Of a DNA stretch of 64,000 nucleotides, positions 29,402 to 37,815 are shown piece after piece; the stretch's first letter is position 1, and every line of letters starts with the position of its first letter. This DNA is from an uncultured bacterium (lineage in GTDB: Bacteria > Krumholzibacteriota > Krumholzibacteriia > G020349025): the NCBI GenBank assembly GCA_964567755.1, contig CAZMNW010000020.1, forward strand, positions 7,401-71,400, written 5' to 3'. A program made the translations under genes and the position numbers. Under the pieces are notes generated by a model that was not told where the DNA came from, did no database searches, and worked only from the letters and a program-made list of their open reading frames with translations.

Positions 29402-30799
29402 ATGAAAAGCCTGACTGGCCTAGTGTTGTTGCTGGCGCTAGTGGGGGCGTTGGGTTGGTCATGTAGTAAGGAGAGCCTACCGCCGGTAGCAGTAGAGGTA
29501 TCAGATGGTCCATCAAAGGGCGATCCCCCTGAAATGGACTACGTTGACCCACCGGAGTGCGACCCGGATTGTGGGACGAATCAGTACTGGGTATGGGTAG
29601 ATAGTGCAATTGTGCAGCAAGCAGATACGAGCGGTGCTGAATGGGATTCTCTGCGCATCTTCGCTAAGGACTCCTTCAGCAGCAGCAGCACCCACCCTAG
29701 ACACGCGACACTCTGGAACAAAGATAGTGCGGCCGGAGCTTTGGCAATGGCAAAGGCCTTGGTCTCCATCCGCATGAGCCGGACGGGTGAAAGCCAAAAC
29801 TACCACGCGCAAGTGGTTGGGGCACTCGACCACCTAATGGCAGATTCACTGAATGGCCACGATTTGGACTGGGAGGATGAACAACTTTCATTGGCACGTA
29901 ACCTCCCCGCTTGGATCATCGCAGCAGACTACCTATTCGCTGCAGTTGGACCCAATCGCAGGGACGACTTCCGCGACCTCATAAGATCCCTAACATCAAA
30001 CGCGCTCTCAGATGACGAAACCGGCGATAGGGATGGGCGCTCACTCAAGGCTGACGTGCGCTATCGTGCCAACAATCGTTCTGCTTGGAGCATAGCAGCG
30101 TTGGCCTGTGCCGGGTCATATATCGGTGAGGGCTACGATGGTGGGCGGTTGGCGCTGGCAGCGAAGTGCTACAAAGGTTACGTCGGTGATCTCACTGGAT
30201 CATCGGCTGTGTATGTGTACAGGGATAGCGCTGGGGGCCAGAACGGGCTCACCTACACCGCGTGGGATTCTCTATACAGCGGCATGGCAAACAACTTCGC
30301 CCCAATAGCTATCCGGAACACAGCGACATTCCATTACGACGGCTGTACCGATGAGTTGTACACGCGCGACGTAAAGGGAATGATGACACAGGACATGAAC
30401 GAAGACGGAGAGAAGCCAACACAGCAGACGAATTGCTACTACGACGCCGGTAATAAGGCGCCGACGTACATCAAGAGCGCAATGGGCGCAGTTGCGATTG
30501 CGGCGTTTGTGTTGGGCAAGACCCCAGGTCACAGCTACCTGGTAATCTTCCAGCATGGTTATGGTGGTTCGAGCGGGGAAGGGTTACTAGCTGCAGCGGA
30601 GTTCTGGACGGAAGAGGAGGCCGCTGAGAATCTTGGTTCAACGCACCTTTGGGAGTTTGCCGCACACGAGAAGAGCTCATGGGTACCGTTCCTGGTGAAC
30701 GGGCTCACCAACGTGAATGAGATAACAGAGCCGTCGCAAGAGGGTAAAGCAGGGCTTCGTTACCTCGCCGGAACGAAGTGGCTTAAGAGCTATTTCTGA
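29402..30799 (+). CDS. lipoprotein, alginate-lyase/heparinase-like (polysaccharide lyase superfamily) candidate
   Basis: Lipobox 'LGWSC'. 'RANNRSAWSIAALACAG' resembles the AlgL 'NNHSYW(A)AW' motif. About 55% GC, lower than the background. Confidence 0.55.
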   Translation: MKSLTGLVLLLALVGALGWSCSKESLPPVAVEVSDGPSKGDPPEMDYVDPPECDPDCGTNQYWVWVDSAIVQQADTSGAEWDSLRIFAKDSFSSSSTHPRHATLWNKDSAAGALAMAKALVSIRMSRTGESQNYHAQVVGALDHLMADSLNGHDLDWEDEQLSLARNLPAWIIAADYLFAAVGPNRRDDFRDLIRSLTSNALSDDETGDRDGRSLKADVRYRANNRSAWSIAALACAGSYIGEGYDGGRLALAAKCYKGYVGDLTGSSAVYVYRDSAGGQNGLTYTAWDSLYSGMANNFAPIAIRNTATFHYDGCTDELYTRDVKGMMTQDMNEDGEKPTQQTNCYYDAGNKAPTYIKSAMGAVAIAAFVLGKTPGHSYLVIFQHGYGGSSGEGLLAAAEFWTEEEAAENLGSTHLWEFAAHEKSSWVPFLVNGLTNVNEITEPSQEGKAGLRYLAGTKWLKSYF

Positions 30800-31032
30800 G
30801 GAAAAGGCACCAGTGGGTGTACATCAAGTGGTTGTTGAGCATGGTCGATGTGAACCGCTGACAAGGTGGCAGCTGGGATACATCCGGAGTCCATCATGTT
30901 CGTCTACGGACCGGGAAAACGCGTAGGAATGTTTTTGACACATCGAGACTAGAATGCAGCTGCGATCCTCGCCCGTGGTTGTTGGCGCGCTCAGGGCGCC
31001 AACCTCGGGTCGAGAAACGGACGGAGAACTCG

Positions 31033-32487
31033 ATGCGCGCGGATGAAGTGCTCGAGCGCGCCGCGGCGCGTTGCCGGGAACGCCAGATCCGCATCCCGAC
31101 CTTCGCGCAGATGTGCGACCCCAACCTCATTCCGGAGGGAGTGCGACGCGCGTTGCGTCACGTCGGGCTCCAGGACGTGGACCCGCTCAATCTTTTTCGC
31201 ATTACCTGGAAGAACGAGCCCGTCGACAAAGGCGGCCTCTTCCACACCGGCAACTGGATCGAGTTCCCGCCGGCTCTGACCGGTGTCGATGCGCGCATCG
31301 TCGGCCTGGTCGGCAAGTGGTTCCCGACCGGAGCGCACAAGGTGGGCGCAGGCTTCGGCTGCCTGGTGCCGCGCTTGGTCGCGGGGCAATTCGATCCGAC
31401 GACGCACAAGGCGGTTTGGCCTTCCACAGGCAACTTCTGTCGCGGCGGCGCCTTCGATTGCGCGCTGCTCGGGTGCGAAGCGGTCGCCATTCTGCCGGAG
31501 GAAATGAGCCGCGAGCGCTTCGAGTGGTTGCGGCGTCTCGGCGCCGAGGTCATCACGACGCCCGGTGGCGAATCCAATGTCAAAGAGATCTACGACGCCT
31601 GCTGGGAGATTCGGCGCACGCGGCCGGACTGCGTCATCTTCAACCAGTTCGAAGAGTTCGGCAACGCGGTCTGGCACTATCACGTGACGGGCGGCGCCAT
31701 CGATGAAATCTTCCGCGCCGTGGCGCGGCCGGGGGATCGCCTGGCGGCTTTCGTCGCCGCCACGGGCTCGGCAGGAACCATCGCCGCCGGCGACTTCCTG
31801 CGCCGAGGTCACCCGCAGCTCCGCACCGTCGCCGCCGAGGCGTTACAGTGCCCGACGTTGTTGCACTGCGGCTACGGCGAGCATCGCATCGAGGGCATTG
31901 GCGATAAACACATTCCCTGGATCCACAACGTGCGCAGCACCGATGTCGTGTGCGCCGTGGACGATGCACAATGTCTGGCGCTGATGCGCCTGTTCAACGA
32001 GCCGGAAGGGCATTGTTTCCTGGCCGGTGAAGGCGTGGACGCATCGTGGTTGCCGCAGTTGCCGCTGCTCGGAATTTCGGGCATTTGTAATCTGATCGCC
32101 TCCATCAAGACCGCGCGCATGTTCGATCTCTCGTCGCACGACGTGCTGTTCACTTGCCTCACCGACTCGATGGATCTCTACCACAGCCGCTTGCACGAGC
32201 AACGCGAGGCTCGAGGCGCCTACAGCGGCATGTTGGCGGCCCGGCACTTCGGACGTTACCTGCAGGCCATCGGCACCGACTCCATGCGCGAGCTGAGCTA
32301 CGCCGACCGCAAGGCCCTGCATCATCTCAAGTACTTCACCTGGGTCGAGCAGCAACAAAAGAGCGTGCGCGACCTCGATCGGCTGTGGGATCCAGAGTTC
32401 TGGCACCAGACCTATGCGCAAGTCGACGAATGGGATCGTTCCATCGCCGCCTTCAACCAGCGCGTCGGTCTCGATCGAGGGGTCTGA
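31033..32487 (+). CDS. PLP-dependent fold-type II (TrpB/CysK superfamily) enzyme with a roughly 130-aa C-terminal extension
   Basis: 'FPTGAHKVGAGFG' lysine motif (compare TrpB 'HTGSHKINN'). 'TGSAGTIAAG' glycine loop. RBS GGAG. Confidence 0.75.
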   Translation: MRADEVLERAAARCRERQIRIPTFAQMCDPNLIPEGVRRALRHVGLQDVDPLNLFRITWKNEPVDKGGLFHTGNWIEFPPALTGVDARIVGLVGKWFPTGAHKVGAGFGCLVPRLVAGQFDPTTHKAVWPSTGNFCRGGAFDCALLGCEAVAILPEEMSRERFEWLRRLGAEVITTPGGESNVKEIYDACWEIRRTRPDCVIFNQFEEFGNAVWHYHVTGGAIDEIFRAVARPGDRLAAFVAATGSAGTIAAGDFLRRGHPQLRTVAAEALQCPTLLHCGYGEHRIEGIGDKHIPWIHNVRSTDVVCAVDDAQCLALMRLFNEPEGHCFLAGEGVDASWLPQLPLLGISGICNLIASIKTARMFDLSSHDVLFTCLTDSMDLYHSRLHEQREARGAYSGMLAARHFGRYLQAIGTDSMRELSYADRKALHHLKYFTWVEQQQKSVRDLDRLWDPEFWHQTYAQVDEWDRSIAAFNQRVGLDRGV

Positions 32488-32491
32488 GGGG

Positions 32492-33772
32492 ATGGCCCGG
32501 ACTTCGACGAGCGCGCGACTGGGGACCCTTCTCGCGCTCAGCTCGGTCGTTTTTTCTTTTGCTGCCTTCGAGGCGTTGGTGCGTCTTGCCCGGCCCGATC
32601 TCGCCATCCCCCAAGCAGCAGGACACTTCCGCTTCACCCAAACCTTCGAGTTCGAGCTGCCGCACCACCGGCGCGACCCGGTTCTCGGCTGGAGACTGCA
32701 GCCGGGTGTCTACGGCCCGATGCGCATCAACAGCCACGGCTTCCGCGGTCCCGAATGGTCGAGCGGCAAGGCCGCGACCAAGCGCATCGCACATCTTGGC
32801 GATTCCTCGACGATGGGATTCACGATCGCGGACGACAGCCACGTCTATGCCTCGCTCTTGCCGCGTCTGCTGCAGCGGGATGGGTTGGAGCTCGAGGCGC
32901 TCAACTTCGGCGTCGACGGCTACTCCTCGCATCAAGGACGGATCCTGCTCGAGCAAGTGCTCGGTGATTTCACCCCGGATTATGTGAGCCTCTATTTCGG
33001 CTACAACGATCATCATTTTTCCAACGCCAGCGATCGGGAGACGCGATTCTCGACCCCGTGGATTCTACGGGCGCTGGAGCACAGCCACGTGTATCGCTTC
33101 ATGCGCCGGCACCTGCTGCGGTGGACGCGCCGCGAGGCCGAGCTCCTCGAACCGACGCGGCGCGTCGATCCGGAGACCTTCGAAGCGAACCTGCGCACCA
33201 TGGTGGAAGCGGCGCGTGCGCGTGGCGCGGTACCGATCCTGATGACGACGCCGCTTCGACCAGGCATGCCCCTGGTGGAGAACGAAGTGCGGATCGAGCA
33301 GGACGGCAAGCCGGCGTGGGTGACACAGGATTGGTGGGTGGCGACCGAGCTCCAGAAGCGCGGCCTCGATCTCGAACGCGCGGTGGGGTCGGAAGATCTG
33401 CGGCGCTTCTTGGTCGAATCGTTGCAGGCACACCCGGATTGGGCGTACTTGCACTTCCTGCAGGCGCGCGAGCTCGAGCGTGCTGGCGATTTCCAAGGTG
33501 CGCGCGCGGCGCTCGGGCGCGTGTCGCTGCACGACCGCGAGCGCGGCATTCTCGAACAGTACAACGAGCGCGTACGCAATGTGGCGCGAAGTCTGCAAAC
33601 GGAGCTCGTCGACATCGCACGCATGTGCGAGGCCCGGCCATCGCCGCATCTGTTCAATGACGTCGTCCACCCGAGCCCGGCCGGTCACAAGTTGATCGCC
33701 CAAGCGCTCGCCAAGGCGCTGTTGCGCCTCGAAGGCCGCAAGCCGACACCCGGCGGGCCGGAGGAAGGCTGA
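32492..33772 (+). CDS. SGNH/GDSL hydrolase-family protein with an N-terminal TM anchor
   Basis: 'IAHLGDSSTMG' (GDSx block I). 'DVVHPSPAGHKLIA' (DxxH block V). It starts 4 nt after the PLP-enzyme stop. Confidence 0.75.
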   Translation: MARTSTSARLGTLLALSSVVFSFAAFEALVRLARPDLAIPQAAGHFRFTQTFEFELPHHRRDPVLGWRLQPGVYGPMRINSHGFRGPEWSSGKAATKRIAHLGDSSTMGFTIADDSHVYASLLPRLLQRDGLELEALNFGVDGYSSHQGRILLEQVLGDFTPDYVSLYFGYNDHHFSNASDRETRFSTPWILRALEHSHVYRFMRRHLLRWTRREAELLEPTRRVDPETFEANLRTMVEAARARGAVPILMTTPLRPGMPLVENEVRIEQDGKPAWVTQDWWVATELQKRGLDLERAVGSEDLRRFLVESLQAHPDWAYLHFLQARELERAGDFQGARAALGRVSLHDRERGILEQYNERVRNVARSLQTELVDIARMCEARPSPHLFNDVVHPSPAGHKLIAQALAKALLRLEGRKPTPGGPEEG

Positions 33773-33777
33773 GCGGC

Positions 33778-34722
33778 GTGCCCGAGCTGCCAGATGTGTT
33801 GCTCTACATCGAACGGCTCGAGCCGCGAGTCTTGGGCCAGACGCTGCAGCGCGCGCGGCTCGTGAGCCCATTTCTGCTGCGCACGGTCGATCCACCACTC
33901 CGAGACACCGAGAAAAAGCGTGTCCTGGCGCTCCGCCGTCTCGGCAAGCGCATCGTGCTGGGACTCGAAGACGAGCTCTTCCTCGTGCTGCATCTCATGA
34001 TCGCGGGCCGGCTACGCTGGCGCGCCACTGGCGAACCGGTGCCGCGCAAGCGCGGGCTCGCCGCTTTCGATTTCTCGACCGGCACGCTTCTTCTCACCGA
34101 GGCGAGCACGAAGAAGCGCGCGTCCCTCTACGTCGTGCGCGGCGAAGCGGCGCTCGCAGCGCTCGATCCTGGCGGCCTCGAGGTCTTGGAAGCCGATGTC
34201 GGCGCGTTTGCGGCAGCGCTGCGGCGCGAGAATCGCACCCTCAAACGCGTGCTCACCGATCCGCGCCTGCTGAGCGGCATCGGCAATGCGTATTCCGACG
34301 AAATCCTGCACCGCGCGCGCCTGTCGCCACTGCAGCGCACGCAACATCTCGACGACGCGGCGATCGCGCGGTTGTATCGCGCCACACAAGAGACACTGCG
34401 AGAATGGTTGCAGAAGCTGCGGCAGGAAACCGGCGATTCGTTTCCGGAGAAAGTGACGGCGTTTCGTCCCGGCATGGCTGTGCACGGCCGGTATCGCCAG
34501 CCGTGCCCCGTGTGCGGCAACCCTGTGCAGCGCATCGTCTACGCCGAGAACGAGTGCAACTATTGCGCGATCTGTCAGACCGATGGCAAGCTGCTGGCGG
34601 ATCGCGCCCTGTCGCGTCTGCTGCGCGAAGATTGGCCGCGGACGCTGGACGAGCTGGAAGAGATGAAGAGCGAGCGACGGCAGGGGGATGCCGACCGCAA
34701 GGGCGATTCTCCAGGGAAGTGA
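33778..34722 (+). CDS. Fpg/Nei-family DNA glycosylase/AP lyase
   Basis: N-terminal 'PELPDV' (catalytic Pro2 after GTG-Met). 'LLSGIGNAYSDEILH' is the H2TH. The C-terminal C4 zinc finger is 'CPVCG...CNYCAIC'. Confidence 0.85.
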   Translation: MPELPDVLLYIERLEPRVLGQTLQRARLVSPFLLRTVDPPLRDTEKKRVLALRRLGKRIVLGLEDELFLVLHLMIAGRLRWRATGEPVPRKRGLAAFDFSTGTLLLTEASTKKRASLYVVRGEAALAALDPGGLEVLEADVGAFAAALRRENRTLKRVLTDPRLLSGIGNAYSDEILHRARLSPLQRTQHLDDAAIARLYRATQETLREWLQKLRQETGDSFPEKVTAFRPGMAVHGRYRQPCPVCGNPVQRIVYAENECNYCAICQTDGKLLADRALSRLLREDWPRTLDELEEMKSERRQGDADRKGDSPGK

Positions 34723-34725
34723 ACG

Positions 34726-36381
34726 TTGGGATCTGGCACGAGCGGCACGGACAGATGGCGGCTCGCGGTGCTCCTGCTGGCAGCCGCGGGAGTGCTGATC
34801 ATTGGTTGGAAACTGCTGTGGTTCCTGACCGACGACTCCTTCATCACATTTCGTTACGTGAGCAACAGCGTTCGCGGTCACGGTTACGTGTGGAACCCGC
34901 CTCCCTTTCTCCCCGTCGAAGGTTACTCGAGCTTCCTCTGGGTGCTGATTCTGGACGGCGTTTGGCGCCTCACGGGATCGCCGCCGCCCGCGGTGGCGAA
35001 CTACCTGACGCTCGCGTGTTCGTTTCTCTCCCTCGCCCTCGCTGCGGTCCTGGTGCTCCGCCTGCGCTGGCGCGCGGATCTGGTTGCCTGGCGCTTCGTC
35101 TTCGCCGCCTTGGTGCTTTTGGGTCTCACCACCAACCGTACCTTTCTCACCTGGGCGAGCTCGGGGTTCGAGACGGCGCTGTTCAACCTCCTTGTCTTCG
35201 CGTGGCTCGCCCTCGGCGTCGGCGCGGGTGCCATGCGGCCGCGGCGCGTCGTCGCCTTGTCGGCTCTGGCTGCATGCTTGCACCTGGCCAGACCCGAAGG
35301 AGTTCTGTTCGCCGCGGCGACGATTGCCATGTTCACGCTCGCCCCCCGTGAGCTGGCGTGGTGGCGATCCCCGCGTGCTCTTGCTGCCTACACACCGCTG
35401 CTCTTGATTCCCCTCCACCTCCTGTGGCGCCACTCGTTCTACGGCGAGTGGTTGCCGAATACGTACTACGCCAAGGTCGTCGGTGTCTGGCCCGCGAGCG
35501 GCGCGCGCTATGCGCTATCCTTTGTACTCGAGTACGCTCTGTGGTTTTCGCTCGTGGTGATGCTCGTCGCAGCAGCGACGCAAAAGCGCGTGGCCACGGT
35601 GCGCTCGGCTTCGCAGTCAGTGGCAGCGTGGATCTGTGTCCTCACCCTCGTGGCGCACGTCTCGTATTACACCTTCATCGTCGGTGGCGATCATTTCGAG
35701 TATCGCGTCTACAGTCACTTGCTCGCGCCTGGCTTCGTGGGTCTGGTGTGGCTCGCGAACAAATCACGGCTGCGTGGTCGCGTGGTTGCGACCCTCCTCG
35801 CCGCCCAAATTGCCCTGGCGCTGCCGCTGCCATGGAGCCATTGGGCGCTCAGCCGCCACCTCGAGACACGCGAAACGACACGGCGCATGCGCGTGGCGGT
35901 GGCGCCGCATTGGCCACCTTTGTTGCGGGAGTACGTACGACTTTTCGATGGTCTGCAAGCCTGGCTGATCGAGCACTGGGTGTGCGTGCGACACCAAGAG
36001 CACAAGGTGAACCAAGAGTATCTCGTGACCCTCTACCCATCGCGCGCCGAAGGCGAGCAGTTGCCGGCTGCAGACTTTCCCATCCACGCCTTCCAGGCCG
36101 TCGGCGTGGCATCGTGGACATTGCCGCACGTCAACGTCATCGACCTCCTGGGGCTCAACGATTGGGTCATCGCCCGGAGCCCAGTGGATGCGACACGATT
36201 GCGCGGCATGGCGCACGAACGCCGGGCGCCCGATGGATACGCTGACTGCTTCGAGCCCAATGTGTTTCTTGCGCCCGGTGGAGGTGTGCGGATCACGATG
36301 CGCCCGGTCCCACTCACCGCTGCCGCGATCGAGTCTTGCGAACGTGATTGGTCGGCCCGGGTGCGAGATTCTGGTCGCTGA
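34726..36381 (+). CDS. polytopic membrane protein, GT-C-fold glycosyltransferase-like
   Basis: About 12 predicted TM helices. First loop carries 'LTDDSFITFRY' (a DD motif as in GT-C ArnT/PMT). Start is ambiguous (TTG at 34726 or GTG at 34768). Confidence 0.5.
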   Translation: MGSGTSGTDRWRLAVLLLAAAGVLIIGWKLLWFLTDDSFITFRYVSNSVRGHGYVWNPPPFLPVEGYSSFLWVLILDGVWRLTGSPPPAVANYLTLACSFLSLALAAVLVLRLRWRADLVAWRFVFAALVLLGLTTNRTFLTWASSGFETALFNLLVFAWLALGVGAGAMRPRRVVALSALAACLHLARPEGVLFAAATIAMFTLAPRELAWWRSPRALAAYTPLLLIPLHLLWRHSFYGEWLPNTYYAKVVGVWPASGARYALSFVLEYALWFSLVVMLVAAATQKRVATVRSASQSVAAWICVLTLVAHVSYYTFIVGGDHFEYRVYSHLLAPGFVGLVWLANKSRLRGRVVATLLAAQIALALPLPWSHWALSRHLETRETTRRMRVAVAPHWPPLLREYVRLFDGLQAWLIEHWVCVRHQEHKVNQEYLVTLYPSRAEGEQLPAADFPIHAFQAVGVASWTLPHVNVIDLLGLNDWVIARSPVDATRLRGMAHERRAPDGYADCFEPNVFLAPGGGVRITMRPVPLTAAAIESCERDWSARVRDSGR

Positions 36382-36390
36382 GTGCGGGGA

Positions 36391-37251
36391 TCACGCGCCG
36401 GCGAACACGCGGGCATGTTCGGCGGCGAACTGCGCGAACGTCCGTGCCGGCCTACCGGTCACGTCTTCGATTACGCGCGTCGTCGCCGACGCATGACCGG
36501 CGGCGAAGATGCCATAGAGCCCGACGAGGGTGTCGGCCAGCCACGCCGGCATGCCGCCGGCGAGTAGGAACTTTTCGGCATCGCTCGGGGACACGTCGAC
36601 GTACGTGACCGCGCGTCCCGTTGCCTCTCCAATGCGTGCGGCGATGTCGTGAAAGGAGAGCGCCTCGGGGCCGGTGATGTCGTAGGCCTTGCCTTCGTGG
36701 CCGCTGCGCGTCAAAACACAGGCCGCGACGGCAGCGATGTCGCGTGTATCCACGAGACCGATGCGGCCGTCGCGCATGGGGGCGTGAATCGCGCCGCGTG
36801 CGGCGATGCTGGCGGCGAAGCCGAGCGTGTTCTGCATGAAGTAGTGCGGCCGAAGGTGCGTCCACGCCATGCCGGACTGTTCGATTTGCTTTTCGGTCTG
36901 TCCGTGCCAGCGCGCGAGCGACAGCGATGCGTCCAGCCCGGCGCCGAGCACCGAGAGCTTGACCACGTGGCGGACACCGGCGCGCTGGGCGGCATCGACC
37001 GCATGACCTTGTTGCTCGACCTGTCGCGGATCCACTGGCGTGAGGAGAAAGAGATGATCCACGCCGTCCAACGCCGGAACGAGTGTCTCCGGATGATCGA
37101 GATCGCCGACAGCGATCTCCACGCCAGGAAGTCGAAGTGTGGCCGCCTTGCCGGCATCGCGAACGAACGCGCGCACGGGGACGCCTGCGGCCGCCAGCGC
37201 CCGCACGACCGCGCTGCCCGTGGTTCCAGTTGCACCGGTGACGAGAATCAC
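36391..37251 (-). CDS. NmrA-like / atypical SDR NAD(P)-binding oxidoreductase
   Basis: 'KVILVTGATGTTGSAV' Rossmann fold. GTG start with GGAGGG 6 nt upstream. The ORF-track N-terminal 34 aa were discarded. Confidence 0.8.
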   Translation of the reverse strand: MILVTGATGTTGSAVVRALAAAGVPVRAFVRDAGKAATLRLPGVEIAVGDLDHPETLVPALDGVDHLFLLTPVDPRQVEQQGHAVDAAQRAGVRHVVKLSVLGAGLDASLSLARWHGQTEKQIEQSGMAWTHLRPHYFMQNTLGFAASIAARGAIHAPMRDGRIGLVDTRDIAAVAACVLTRSGHEGKAYDITGPEALSFHDIAARIGEATGRAVTYVDVSPSDAEKFLLAGGMPAWLADTLVGLYGIFAAGHASATTRVIEDVTGRPARTFAQFAAEHARVFAGA

Positions 37252-37815
37252 CTTCGGCCCTCCTGCGACGCTGGACGGTGGACTCTCGCATTCGTGGACT
37301 CGACGAGGGTAGCTAATTTCACCCGCGCGCCGCAACGTGCACCGACAGGCCATCCCGTGTCGTGAATCGCTGTAAGCGGAGGACAGGAGAGATGAAAGCG
37401 GCCGCGTGTGTTGCTGCTCGGCTGCGGCCTGTGTCGGTCAACGCTGTCTCCTGACCAGAATCGTGGCCGGTCAGCCAGCGAACCTCGAGTCCGGTGAGCG
37501 TCTTCCCCACGACGGGGCTTTTCGCTCCGAGCTCGCGATGCGATGCCTATCCTCTGAGTTCCGGACGATTCTCCTTCTCTCCGTGGTCGATCCTCGACCA
37601 GTGGTCGCTCCGAAAAGCTACGAGTCGTGCGTTTGGAAAGGTGTGCCGGCAGTTTGCTGGGGCAAATGTCCCAACGGGCATGCGCCTTGCCGCGCGAAAG
37701 TGACAGGAGATGTCAGGCGGCCGTGAGTCTGGCCGTACATCCCGCCGCGCGCGTCCTCAAGAGTCCGAGAATCTGCGCGCTGCGGGGACCGCGCTCGAAA
37801 CTGCCGGAGAGTCGC

